From an uncultured Chlamydiae bacterium (lineage in GTDB: Bacteria > Chlamydiota > Chlamydiia > Chlamydiales > JAJFMA01): 64,000 nt of DNA. Shown piece by piece: positions 30,507 to 41,948 of this stretch. Every line of letters starts with the position of its first letter. Within the stretch, counting starts at the first letter, position 1. The stretch spans positions 512,001 through 576,000 of the forward strand of contig CAVQMM010000001.1 of NCBI GenBank assembly GCA_963713615.1, in the 5' to 3' direction. The notes beneath the pieces are model-generated. The model searched no databases, was not told the DNA's origin, and saw only the letters and a program-made list of their open reading frames with translations. A program made the position numbers and the translations under genes.

Positions 30507-33500
30507 ATGTGGATTGTTCAACTCGCTCTCAGGCGTCCCTATACTTTTGTTGTTCTCGCCTTACTTATTGCGCTCACTAGCTGTGTTTTTATGGTTGTAA
30601 CACCTAAAGACATTTTTCCAAATATCAATATTCCCATCGTCAGTGTGATTTGGTCGTACAATGGACTTCCTCCAGAAGAGTTTGCACAAAGGATCACAAC
30701 ATATAGTGAATATACCCTGTCCAACAACGTGAACGATATTGAAAGAATAGAATCTCAAACTTTTAATGGTGTCGGTTTGGTGCGTCTTTACTTTCATCCC
30801 AATGCCGATATTGCTATTGCCATGGCAGAAGCCACAGCAGCTTCGCAAGCTATTTTGAAACGCATGCCGCCAAACGTCCTTCCGCCGATCATTTTGCGTT
30901 ATTATGTGAATACTGTTCCGATTGTGCAAATGATTTTATCAGGCGAAACAGTTTCCCAATCTGAGCTTTATGACTATGGAAACTGGCGTATGCGGCAGTA
31001 TATTGCCACCATCCCCGGAGCCACCTTACCCACACCCTATGGTGGCGTAGTGCGCCAATTAATGGTCGATGTCGACTCCGTAGCTATGCAAACTCGGGGA
31101 TTATCTGCCCGCGATGTCAATAGCGCGTTGCTGAATCAAGTGGTGACTACGCCCCTAGGTGACTCACGCATCGGGAATTTTGATTATAACGTCAACATGA
31201 ACAATACACCGGTTGAGCCTGCCGCCTTTAATGATATTCCCATAGCGATGGTTGACGGGAAAATTATTTTTTTGAGAGATGTTGCGTTTGCCCACGATGG
31301 ATTTGCCCCGCAAACCAATATCGTGCGACGCAATGGGACGGGCTCTGTTTTAATGCAGGTCTTAAAAAATGGAGCTGCTTCAACTCTTGACATCGTCAAC
31401 CAAGTAAAAGAACTCATGCCCACCATACGCGCTGCGGCACCTAAAGGGATGAATATTGACTTGATTTTTGATCAGTCCATTTTTGTTAAAAAAGCTATCG
31501 AAGGTGTCGTTACAGAAGGGCTGTTAGCGGCATGTTTGACAGGGTGCCATGGTGTTGATCTTTTTAGGAAGTTGGCGTAGCACTTTAATGGTACTTATCT
31601 CCATTCCCTTATCGATCATGACTTCCATTATTTGTTTGAGTCTGATAGGAGAAACATTGAATATCATGACTTTAGGTGGACTCGCCTTAGCTATTGGGAT
31701 TTTGGTGGACGATGCTACCGTAGCCATTGAAAACATTCACCGCAATATCTCAGCAGGCAAACCCTTAGAACAAGCTATTTTGGATGGTTCTTATGAAGTG
31801 ACTATTCCTGCTTTTGTATCCACTTTATCGATCTGCATCGTATTTTTGCCTGTTGTCTTACTTGTGGGTCCGGCAAAATTCTTGTTTACGCCATTTGCAC
31901 TGTCGGTTGTTTTTGCAATTATTGCTTCCTACTGCCTTATCCCGTACGCTTGTCCCTGTCATGATCAAATTTATTCTGCCTCCGGAGATGTATTTGTATA
32001 CTGGAGGAGGTCCGCAAACGGCTTTAGACCGCTATCACGTCAAATTTTCCGAAAAATTCCATCGCTTTCGCAAATCCTATGGTTCTGCACTGCAGTGGTC
32101 ATTAGAAAATCGCATCATAGTACTTATCCTCTTTGGATTGATTTTTGCTAGCGCCTTGTTCCTATCCCCCTTTATTGGACAGGATTTCTTTCCCACCGTC
32201 GATGCAGGCCAGCTACGGCTGCATGTCAGAGCACCATCAGGCACAAGAATTGAAGTGACTGCTGAGATATTCAGTGAAGTGGAAAATGAAATTAAAAAAG
32301 TCATTCATCCCGATGATATTGAGATGTTGATAGATAATATTGGCATTAATCCAGTGCCTTATACCCTTGCTTTTGGGGATAGCGCTACTATCGGTGGCTA
32401 TGATGGTGAAATTTTGATCTCACTCAAAGCTGAAAGGAAATATTCAACCCAGCAATACATGACAATGTTACGGGAGCAGCTGAAACATAAATTTCCAAAT
32501 TTACTTTTCTTTTTCCAACCAGCCGATATCGTCAATCAAATTCTTAATATTGGCTTGCCAACGCCCAATCGATATTAAAGTTTCAGGATATGATCACGCG
32601 AACAATTTAAAGGTCGCACAAGAATTAGTCGAAGAGATCTCCCATGTTCCGGGTGCTGTCGATGCCCATATTCACCAAATTGTGGATCTTCCTGAATTGT
32701 TTCTTGAAGTGGATAGAATGCAAATTGCGCTTGCTGGGCTCAATCAATTAAACGTGACCGATGATGTTCTGATCAATTTCAGTGACAGCACAACAGTGAC
32801 TCCGAACTTTTGGCTAGATAGAAAATCCGGTGTCCCTTACCTGATTGCTGTACAAAATCCGAAATACCGCATTAACACTATAGAAGGGCTATTGCATATC
32901 CCTATCTCCAGCCCTGAGACTAAGCAATCACAACTTTTATGCGATCTATGCACAGCTAGAACGTCGTTCGACTGTAGGTGTAGCGAGCCATCTTAATATT
33001 CAACCTGTTTATGATATTTATGCTAATGTGCAAGGACGTGATTTAGGGGGTGTTGCTTCCGACATCCAAGACATGGTGGATAAATATAACCAAAAAATGG
33101 CTCCAGGCAATACCATTATCGTCAGCGGGGTAGTATCAAATATGAAGATCGCTTTTACGAAGCTGGCTATCGGTTTTATTTTTGCCATCTTGTTGGTATA
33201 TTTCATCATGGTGATCAACTTTCAATCCTGGCTGGATCCTTTTATCATCACCATGGCGATACCAGGAGCTATCTCAGGCATTATTTGGGCATTGTTTCTT
33301 ACCGGCACCACGTTTAACATCCCCTCTCTCATGGGATCTATCATGAGTGTAGGAATCGTTACGGCCAACAGTATTTTGCTGGTGACTTTTGCAAATTTTC
33401 AGTTAAGAGAAGGCAAAAACAGTATTCAGGCTATTCACGCCGCTGCCGAAACGCGACTAAGACCAATTTTAATGACAGCCTTGGCGATGATTGTCGGCAT

Positions 33501-33717
33501 GATTCCAATGGCATTGGCACTGGGTGAAGGGGGCGAGCAAAACGCTCCCTTAGGTAAAGCCGTTATTGGCGGGCTTGTTATAGCGACTTTAACCACATTA
33601 TTTTTTGTTCCTGTGATATTTTCTTACTTGCGGCATAAGGAAAATCCCTATCTGCATGCTAAACCACAGCCTTATGTGCCACCTGAACATCAAGCGATTA
33701 ACCAAGACGAAGAATGA
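30507..33717 (+). pseudogene. AcrB/CusA-family RND permease split by four frameshifts (decay or assembly error)
   Basis: Consecutive fragments carry GILVDDA, FFPTVDAG, RLRPILMT; apparent +1 insertions near 31542, 31934, 32565, 32952. Confidence 0.88.
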
Positions 33718-34890
33718 CCGAATCAGTCCAGGATAATAAAATGCGATCCCGGCGAAAATGGAAGCTTATCTGTATGACAGCACTCGTGCTGTCTTTGCTC
33801 TTTTTGTGAGGATGGATCCCGCATCTGATCAATACGAAAAAAATTGACTTCCTAGCGGCTGAAGATCCCTTGCCCCGAGTTGCCATCATGCAGCTTAAGC
33901 CCAATACAAAACCCATTGAGTTGATTCTTCCTAGCTCTGCCCAAGCTTGGCATATCACGCCGATATGGGCTCGGGTCAATGGTTACCTGATACGCTACTT
34001 AGTCGACATTGGCGATGCGGTGAAAGTCGGCGATCTATTAGCTGAAATCGATACTCCAGAAACATGATGAGGAGTTAGCTCAAGCGCAAGCGGATCTAGT
34101 AAATTCCATCGTAGAAAAGAGACATAGCCAAAATCACCAGCGATCGATGGCAAAGACTTTGGAATAAAAATATGGAAGCTGTTTCAAAACAAGAAGTGGA
34201 TCAGATATAATGCTAACTTTAAATCTGCAGAAGCCATTGTGGTCGCCAACGAAAAAAATGTCTCCCGATTGACCTATCAGCAACAGTTCAAATATATCTA
34301 TGCCCCTTTTGATGGCATCATTACCCAACGTCTGATCGACATCGGCCACTTGATTTATGGCAATGTCAATGGAGCCCCGCAAGAGCTCTTTCAAATTGCG
34401 CAAACACATCGCATCCGTTTTTTTGTTGATGTTCCACAAACCTATTTCACGCAAATCAAGGACGGGCTTGAAGCTGAAGTCACCATCCCGCAATTGCCCG
34501 ATAAAATCTTTAAAGGAATTGTCACACGCTTTGCCAAGGCTTTAGATCCTACAGCTCGTACCTTATTGACCGAGGTGGATGTAGAGAACAAGGATGGCAT
34601 CTTATATACGGGGTTGTATGCACGCGTAAAATTTCTGTTATGGCCTGATACAATCACTTTTATTATCCCTACGACAGCAGTCATCATCCGCTCTGGTTTT
34701 CCGCATGTGGCGATTGTAGATGAAAACAATACCGTTCACCTCAGTCAAGTACAAATCGGACGTGATCTACGGCAATCAAATGGAAATCACCTCCGGTCTT
34801 AAAGAGAATCAACGCATTGTTGTTATCCCTTCGGATAGAATCATTGATGGTGCGAAAGTAGACATTATTCCTGCTGCAAAGGATGTGTAG
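33714..34890 (+). pseudogene. RND membrane fusion protein, interrupted
   Basis: ARVNGYL..VDIGDAVKVG, IYAPFDGII, DPTARTLL; in-frame TGA at 33807 plus about four +1 frameshifts. Confidence 0.85.
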
Positions 34891-34897
34891 CGAAACA

Positions 34898-35194
34898 GGC
34901 TCTTGTGAAGTAACTCAAAGGTTGGCTGGCGCAATTTCCTATGTGGTGCAGTGTCATTCCATGACTGCGAGAACGGTTGAAACAGATGCCGTTTGTATCA
35001 CATGGGACGTTTGTTTTGCACGTCTCCACAATTGCAACGGATTGCTCGCAGTCATGGAATGCATGGAATGACTGCGCCACATAGGAAGCCTTGTTACTTT
35101 CAGATATTGGCGACGCAGTCGGTTGGGGCTCCAAAGCGCTTCGCGCTGCGTAACGATTGTGATTCCAAAGCGCCCCCAACTCTTCACAAGAACC
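34898..35194. repeat. Nested palindromic composite (families A and B)
   Basis: Outer ggctcttgtgaag / cttcacaagaacc; inner family A arms; tccaaagcgcttcgcgct...acgattgtga segment shared with 8750-8990. Confidence 0.75.
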
Positions 35195-35198
35195 ATAA

Positions 35199-35654
35199 TT
35201 ATGAGGTTAGTTTGTTTAGTGAATTGGCGAATTGTTTAATATCTTTTGGTCCAAACGCTGCTGGTCCACCAGTCATTGTGCCTGCATCGCGAAGATCTTT
35301 CATAAAATTGCGCATCGATAAAATCGAACAAATATTCTGTTCATTATAAATTTCACCTCTTGGGTTGAGAGCAATAGCCTTTTTTTTCAAAACTTCCGCA
35401 GCTAGGGGAATATCAGCAGTGATGACAATGTCGTGGATTTCCACTTGATCGATAATGTGTTGATCGGCGGCATCAAATCCTTTGTTCACCACAATCAATT
35501 GGATAAGATCGCTGGGAGGAAAAAATTGATACGTATTAGCCACTAATATAATGGGTATATTTAAGCGACGGCTTGTTTTAAAGACGATTTCTTTAACTGC
35601 TTTAGGGCAAGCGTCCGCATCAATCCATATTTTATTGGGCCTAATTTTTGGCAT
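35199..35654 (-). CDS. YaiI/YqxD family protein (DUF188), copy 1
   Basis: IWIDADACP, DAADQHI, VITADIPLAA, NPRG. Confidence 0.93.
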   Translation of the reverse strand: MPKIRPNKIWIDADACPKAVKEIVFKTSRRLNIPIILVANTYQFFPPSDLIQLIVVNKGFDAADQHIIDQVEIHDIVITADIPLAAEVLKKKAIALNPRGEIYNEQNICSILSMRNFMKDLRDAGTMTGGPAAFGPKDIKQFANSLNKLTS

Positions 35655-36021
35655 CTTTCTAAACTCTCATTTATCTCAACTACATTGCTAGATGAAATGT
35701 GGATTTATGGTTTACCCATTTAAAGCTACATCATGGACCATTAAATTGCCATAAATGATGGTCGTTAGGACGGCATTGATAGCAGCGAGCTCTTATGTTT
35801 AATTAGCATCGACTGAAAATAATTTGAGAACGAGATGTCTTTTATACAAGGTCGTCGATAGCGTTAGCAAATGAATGTCGGTTTTGATGAAATAAAGCTC
35901 TTTAAGACACTTTCTGAACGTGAAAATGAACTGCCTCAAAACATCAAGTTCCGGCATAAAGGTGATTGATGAGTCTTTCCCTTACAATACAGAAAGTCAT
36001 GTTATCCATTCAAGCCAAGCG

Positions 36022-37167
36022 CTAAAATGGAAGTTCCTCGTGAAAGTGAGAGAGAACTCGACGCAGTAGCTTTTCCGGTCGATTGCCTCGAAGCTCTTGG
36101 ACGTTCGCTTGAAGGGCCTTTATGTGCTCCTCAACTTCTAGGACTTCTAGCTGCATTGCAAAGGTCGGAGGGATCATCTCGTCAGTACAATAATGCCTTA
36201 TGGGCATATATTGAGGATGGCAAAGGAGTGTTTCGAATCTGTTTTGTAGATCTTCTATTTGATCCTTTAGAATAGAATTATAAATTTTGAGCTGGGCATC
36301 ACTTGAAAGTCTGGTCGAATTTTCTTCATTTCCTACTCGATTCATCCACTCTATCTCGAGCGTCAACAGCGTATGCAAGTCATCATTTTCATAGGCGTTG
36401 GTCAGTTTTTTCATCAGCATTTCTTTTTCGGCTTTCTGAAAAGGGTCTTGCTCTAGGTCAGGATGAAGAGCTTTCGCTAGCTGTTTATAGATACTTGCCA
36501 AGCCTTTTTTTTGAAGATTCTCCAGTTCCTGTACCTTGCTAGCTTTCTCTTGAGCCCTTCTTTCCTTTTCCAGTTCGCGTTTTGTTTTTTTTCTTGTTTC
36601 AGGTTCTCTTTCTTTTTGCGCTTTGGCTGCTACATCGTCAATCAAATCGCGGACCTTTTGCATCGTATCATGAAAATCGTCGTCAACGTTTATTTTGGAG
36701 AGGTCAATGTCAAGTCCATGTTCTTTGAACATGTCTTCCAAATATTCTTTCATATTAGAGAATTCATCGGAAATTATTTGCTTGTAATCCATGCCTTCTA
36801 ATTCTTTAAAAATGGCACAGAGTTCAGGGTCGAAATCGTTGAATATTTCTCCATCAAAGGCTTCATTGATTTTACAACAGATCAATTCTTTGAGAAGCTC
36901 TCGCTCCTTCTTTGTAAGGCAGGATAGATTTTTGTAGTGCCCATACATGAGTTTGATGCAATCCTCAAGGGCCTTGTTAGAGGTCCGTTGTCGTGGTAGT
37001 AGCTCCTTATGAAAAAAATCGAGTGCTTGGTTAAGATATGTTTGAGCGGCTTCTAGCTCTTGTTGGAACTTTTCAATTTTGTTTTTGAGGCGATTGAAGG
37101 TTTTTTGTGCGGTGCTTAGGGAATGCTTGTTAGTTTTTTTCTGTTGAGTTTGAACCAAAGTCTTCAT
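36022..37167 (-). CDS. Coiled-coil protein with internal J-domain-like region
   Basis: IYKQLAKALHPDLE (HPD motif) and LTNAYE. Confidence 0.8.
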   Translation of the reverse strand: MKTLVQTQQKKTNKHSLSTAQKTFNRLKNKIEKFQQELEAAQTYLNQALDFFHKELLPRQRTSNKALEDCIKLMYGHYKNLSCLTKKERELLKELICCKINEAFDGEIFNDFDPELCAIFKELEGMDYKQIISDEFSNMKEYLEDMFKEHGLDIDLSKINVDDDFHDTMQKVRDLIDDVAAKAQKEREPETRKKTKRELEKERRAQEKASKVQELENLQKKGLASIYKQLAKALHPDLEQDPFQKAEKEMLMKKLTNAYENDDLHTLLTLEIEWMNRVGNEENSTRLSSDAQLKIYNSILKDQIEDLQNRFETLLCHPQYMPIRHYCTDEMIPPTFAMQLEVLEVEEHIKALQANVQELRGNRPEKLLRRVLSHFHEELPF

Positions 37168-37287
37168 AAGTGATACCTCGAGATACAAAGTTATGAGAAT
37201 AAATGTGAGTCCATTTTTTCAGAGGGCTCTATTTAAGGTATAAACATGGTAGTTATGACTAGCGGCATAACTGCCAGGGGTCAATAA

Positions 37288-37333
37288 CTCCGGATGTAGG
37301 ATTGGAACCTACGACCAATGGCTTAACAGTCCA
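37288..37333 (-). repeat. att relic: 46-bp copy of tRNA-Asn 3' half
   Basis: ctccggatgtaggattggaacctacgaccaatggcttaacagtcca versus 51430-51475, 2 mismatches. Confidence 0.92.
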
Positions 37334-38174
37334 GTGTGAGGTAAAAATTTACGACAATTTGCAATTCGTATCAATAGGAAAATCAAACACGTAAGACTGT
37401 GGGGGTGTTGTGCCTAGGTATTTGTTCATACCGGAGGTTCTTAAAGGCTGGATCACCTCTTCTAGGAAAAGAGTTAAAACGATTCACCGCTGTGATCAAG
37501 GAGTATTTGTTGTTAATCGCAAACTCATCAATTCCCGTCGAATAAGAAGTAAACTGCTGTGTGGCGAGGGCCGGCTGGCTGTATATGTAGCAACGCTTCG
37601 CTAAGCCATGATCTGCCATATTTTTTGATTCCTACTATCGTTTGCTGTAATTAGTATATTTTCGACATCTAAATCAAATATATTTTTATTACTACAGTGT
37701 TATAATGTATTATATAGCCTTGTGTAGTTAATAAAATGGAAAGGTTTATATGGTTAAAATAGAGGCGTCTGGAGACGGTTCAATCAGAGACTACAACATG
37801 GATGACCCGGTTGATGTTAAAAAACCGTCTAGCAAGGGGCATTATCAACGTTTTGACGCGCAGGATCTTAAGGGCTTTAAGTGCTCCAGCTACTGGGTAC
37901 ACTTCGAACTTTTGATTGGCTCAGTCTTTCTCAAGAATTTTCAACCCTCTCAAAAGTAATAGCTTAAAATTCAGTTGAAAATAATGTATCCCAAAAGATA
38001 CAACGTTTCATGCTTGCTGGTATTGATTTGGATGATGACGGCAGGGTTTGTCGGTGATGGTCTGTTTATTAAAAATATGCGTGAAAATTGCAATATCCGT
38101 ACTATTGTCGATAATCCGTTTGAAATTATCCGTGTTTGCATTGAAAAGTAATTAGTTTTAAGAAGATTGAAAAA

Positions 38175-39614
38175 GTGGAAAATAGAGAGGCTTACTGGAC
38201 TATTTGTCCGAAATGTTATGGATGCGGCAAAAAAAACTTGAAGCTCCGCAAGAAAGCGAGACTCCGCTACCAAACAGCAATTAAGGAATTTGAAAAAGCT
38301 CAAGGGGAAGGGAAGGCTTCGGCTCGCCCTAAGATTACTCAATATTTATGCGATAATTGCAGCGGATCTGGCCTGATTCCTACTACTAGTCACCCCATAG
38401 CAGATACAGAAAACTATCCACATGTAGCAATTATTGGTGCAGGTATAGGAGGCGTGGCTCTGGCTGTAGCTTGTTTGCATCGTGGTATTCCATTCACCCT
38501 TTATGAGCGCGATAGCAGCTTTGATGCACGAGCTCAGGGCTACGGACTTACCTTGCAACAAGCAAGTAACGCAATTAAAGGATTGGGTCTTTTCTCTTTA
38601 AAAGACGCGCGTAATTCCACACGCCATGTGGTGCATACTACAGAAGGAAAAGAAATTATTGAATGGGGAAGGAGGACGCATTCAAACACTAAAAAGTCTC
38701 CAAGGCGTATAAATGTACATATCCCGCGACAGGCCTTGCGCTTAGCGTTGCTTGAGCAATTGGGCGACCATGATGCCGTGCAGTGGGGGCACCGCTTAGT
38801 TGGTTTTAAACGATGTGAAGATAAAAGTGTTGAGCTGAGCTTTCAAGTTAACGGAGAGATGAAGAATACCAAGGCAGATTTGGTGGTGGGTGCCGATGGT
38901 GTTCGTAGTGTTGTGCGCAGCTTGTTGATTGGTGAGGATATTACCCCTTTACGTTACCTGGGTTATGTGGTAATTTTGGGTATTTGTTCTTTAAAGGCTC
39001 TTAAGGGTGTTGAGAGTTCTTTGCTCGACTCAGCCACCGTGTTTCAAACCGTCAATGGCCATGAACGAATCTACATGATGCCTTACTCGTTAGACTTGGT
39101 AATGTGGCAACTTAGTTTCCCCATGCCCGAGGAAGAAGCTAAGGCCTTGAGTGCACAAGGAGCTCAGGCACTTAAAGAAGAAGCATGTCGTAGAACACAG
39201 TGGCATAAGCCCATTCCTCAAATTTTATCAGCAACTCTACCGGCACAAATTTCAGGTTATCCCGTGTACGACCGAGAATTACTCAAGTCGGAATTATTGG
39301 AAAAAGCTGGCGCATTTACTTTGATTGGAGATGCAGCTCACCCTATGAGTCCATTTAAAGGACAAGGTGCAAATCAGGCTCTGTTGGATGCGCTGGCACT
39401 GGCTCGTAACATTTCAATAGCATGTTCTCCCTTGTCTAAATGGAGAGAAACCGGATTGAGAGAAATTGTACTAACTGAATTTGAGGAGGAAATGTTAGCA
39501 CGTAGTGCTTCTAAAGTGGAGGATTCAGCTAAGGTTGTGGAACTTCTACATTCTAAAGGTGTGCTACGTGGTGATGGACCTAAAGGATGGTCTTTGCGAA
39601 GTAACAATCTGTAA
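38175..39614 (+). CDS. FAD-dependent monooxygenase with N-terminal CxxCxGxG zinc finger
   Basis: IIGAGIGG, VGADG, LIGDAAHPMSPFKGQGAN; CPKCYGCG and CDNCSGSG. Confidence 0.92.
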   Translation: MENREAYWTICPKCYGCGKKNLKLRKKARLRYQTAIKEFEKAQGEGKASARPKITQYLCDNCSGSGLIPTTSHPIADTENYPHVAIIGAGIGGVALAVACLHRGIPFTLYERDSSFDARAQGYGLTLQQASNAIKGLGLFSLKDARNSTRHVVHTTEGKEIIEWGRRTHSNTKKSPRRINVHIPRQALRLALLEQLGDHDAVQWGHRLVGFKRCEDKSVELSFQVNGEMKNTKADLVVGADGVRSVVRSLLIGEDITPLRYLGYVVILGICSLKALKGVESSLLDSATVFQTVNGHERIYMMPYSLDLVMWQLSFPMPEEEAKALSAQGAQALKEEACRRTQWHKPIPQILSATLPAQISGYPVYDRELLKSELLEKAGAFTLIGDAAHPMSPFKGQGANQALLDALALARNISIACSPLSKWRETGLREIVLTEFEEEMLARSASKVEDSAKVVELLHSKGVLRGDGPKGWSLRSNNL

Positions 39615-39796
39615 TCAGGCTTGATCGCTTAGGAAACTTTGGCGTTTGCAAAACCTTGCAAGAGGGAGTTTGCGAGCTCAGGATGCATGATGGACCGGGG
39701 ATCAGAATTTATTACGGAAAGATTGGGAATAAGGCCGTAAAATGGTGCACAACTTTATTGACAGTTTCTCGCTTTTCTATCCAGGAACATGGGAGT

Positions 39797-39840
39797 CTCC
39801 GGATTAGGATTCGAACCTACGACTAATGGATTAACATTCC
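39797..39840 (-). repeat. att relic: degenerate copy of tRNA-Asn 3' half
   Basis: ctccggat-taggattcgaacctacgactaatggattaaca; the following ~90 bp resembles the DNA after 37333. Confidence 0.88.
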
Positions 39841-40007
39841 GGCGTAAGCCGATAATCTACAACAAGCCACAAGTCGTAGCAATAGGAAAATCAAACACAT
39901 AAGGCGGTGAGGATGTTGTGGCTAGTTATTTAGCAGTGGATATTTGTGAGCAAGTGCACCACGCAATACGGGCTTTCTACCATGAAAGCTTGGTATAATC
40001 TATCGCT

Positions 40008-40211
40008 CTATGACTTGTTTTTGGGGCCGCTTTTTTTACGCTTAGCTGGTGCGATTGGCACCAGCTCATAGCGAAAAGGAGGTCTATACTTTACGATCTT
40101 ACCATTTTTGCTGAACACGAGAGCCGTGTTGGTGCGGATGGCAGTTTCAAGGGCTCTTTGATAGCTTCTTTTATGCGCCTGTAAAACTGCTTCACATAGA
40201 TCATCGTTCAT
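40008..40211 (-). CDS. Small basic partner of zeta-like ATPase
   Basis: Overlaps the end of the ATPase gene; LVFSKNGKIV motif. Confidence 0.65.
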   Translation of the reverse strand: MNDDLCEAVLQAHKRSYQRALETAIRTNTALVFSKNGKIVKYRPPFRYELVPIAPAKRKKSGPKNKS

Positions 40212-40788
40212 TTGCAGCCTCTGTCAGCTTTTTCCATAACGTTTCGTTTAAAATATTTAATGGACTATTCCCATCCTTCTTCGCTATCAACGCCATCGAT
40301 TTCTGGCTAGAGTTGTCTATTATTAAAGCAGTATCGGCAAGAGGTAGGTAATGAGCCTGGAGGTGCCTGATGCCCGCATAATAACGTCTAATCACTACTT
40401 CGGTAGGCACATGATGCCCACCTTGTTTGACCCTTTGAGAAACCCTTTCGACGGCTTGCTGTGGACTATCAAGCCATAGAAAGGTTAAACTGATTTCATA
40501 ACCCATTGACTTTGCGTGTTGCAAGTGCTTTACGTAATTGACACCAGAGGCTGTTGTTTCGAAGGCAAAGCTTCTATGACCTTCTAAAAGTTCTTTAAGG
40601 CGCTTTACCATCAATTTGCTGGCGGCTAGGGAGACGCTTTCTGGATGGAGTGGTGCGAGGCCTTTGGCAATTTCGTCAGCGTTGATAAAGTCGTAAAGCG
40701 TCTGGTGTTGGGCCTTCATGAGCTCCAGACATATCGTCGTCTTGCCAGCGCCGTTTGGTCCGGCAATCATCAGTATTTTTTTTGACAT
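40201..40788 (-). CDS. Zeta-toxin-like P-loop ATPase (COG4185-like)
   Basis: IAGPNGAGKTT, FINADEIA, SFAFETT, RVKQGGH, IIDNS. Confidence 0.9.
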   Translation of the reverse strand: MSKKILMIAGPNGAGKTTICLELMKAQHQTLYDFINADEIAKGLAPLHPESVSLAASKLMVKRLKELLEGHRSFAFETTASGVNYVKHLQHAKSMGYEISLTFLWLDSPQQAVERVSQRVKQGGHHVPTEVVIRRYYAGIRHLQAHYLPLADTALIIDNSSQKSMALIAKKDGNSPLNILNETLWKKLTEAANER

Positions 40789-41324
40789 ATGACACTCGTT
40801 AGCCTAGTCGCGCAACTCTTTACCATCATTTACATACGATCGAATTCCCGGCGGAGGAGTGATAAAGATTCGTGTTAGCCTCAGAAAAGATTAATTATTT
40901 TTTTTGAGTCGGTTTACCAGAACCGGTGAACGGTTCCACCAGAGATCTTTCTCATTCTCAAGAGGTGTAAAACTAACAGAAGTTCCAGCGAAAGCTTCTA
41001 TGGGCACCTCCAAAATTATCATATCGGAGGACATCATACGCTTTAGGCGTGCATCTTCTGGGTCGGCGAAATAACACCTCTTAGTAAAACCAGAATAAAC
41101 TAAGGTAGGCCCACATTGTAATTCGGAAGGGTGGCAAACAGTGTAAAAAATGGGGGGTAGCAAGACTGTGCTCCAACAATACTCTGAAGAGGTATAATGC
41201 AACAGCTTACAACAAGTCACGATACACAGCAACAGGAAATTCAGTGACTTGGGTATGAATGCTTCTTGCGGGTGGTCGCTGGTTGCTGCTTGTTTTTGTG
41301 GGGCCAGTGCACCGTTCAGGGGCA

Positions 41325-41566
41325 CTTTTCAAAGTCCTTTGTATAGCTTTCAACGGGCGCTTGGGCGACTGGAAAAAGGTGGGGTCATCGTCAGCCATCG
41401 AGAAGGCAAAACCCTGGTATATCAGTTTAATCCACGCTATCCCTTTCTCAAAGAACTGGAAGCCTTCTTGCAAAAAGCATACGCATCCTTTCCTGCAGAA
41501 ATTCGGGAAAAATACTATGAGCCAGTCATTCGAAAGCGGCCGCGTCGCCAAGGAAAACCATTATGA
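41325..41566 (+). pseudogene. Winged-HTH protein, N-terminally truncated
   Basis: LGRLEKGGVIVSHREGKTLVYQFNPRYPF...RKRPRRQGKPL; no credible start; coupled to next ORF; start approximate. Confidence 0.65.
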
Positions 41567-41802
41567 TCGACTGGTCAACGGTATCACTCAAAGAGCTCGC
41601 CGGATTTTTATCAGAAGAACTTAGGAAACATGGGATAGATATCATCCTTGTCGGTGGTGCCTGCGCTACCATTTACTCGGAAAACCGTTATCAATCTTAT
41701 GACCTTGACTACATCACATATGAGGATATGAAGAAGGTAAAAAGGGCTTTGATCGAGCTGGGGTTTTCAGAATCGTTTAGCAAGCTTCTATCACTGGAAT
41801 GA
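41563..41802 (+). pseudogene. Nucleotidyltransferase-like protein, truncated
   Basis: LVGGACATIYS...SYDLDY (GG + DxD); paralog at 50979 continues further. Confidence 0.7.
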
Positions 41803-41948
41803 TAAGCAGGGACTCGAACAGAGGCTTGCTTTCCCATAGGGTTTTGTTTTGGTGCACAATTGGTGCACTAAAAGAAAACCTATGCGAAGGCTAGGCCTTC
41901 ATTGGGTCTCTCAAAATGGGCAGGGACTTTTGTCCCTATTGGGCCATT

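Noticed and set aside
33807..33809. TGA recoding as Trp or Sec
   Set aside because: Many genes here terminate with TGA and the surrounding gene is otherwise disrupted
37288..37333. Additional tRNA-Asn genes (also 39797)
   Set aside because: Only the 3' half is present, with mutations; these are att relics
37445..37464. ggctggatcacctc resembles the 16S rRNA 3' end (also near 25959)
   Set aside because: Only ~14 nt match, the anti-SD CCTCC is broken, and no other rRNA sequence flanks it; it lies within a dispersed repeat
40891..41325. 144-aa minus-strand ORF (and 45159-45551)
   Set aside because: No recognisable motif or clear start; probably junction fragments, cannot be supported
41806..41819. 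gcagggactcgaac as the att relic of another tRNA
   Set aside because: Too short to distinguish from chance without the genome's tRNA set
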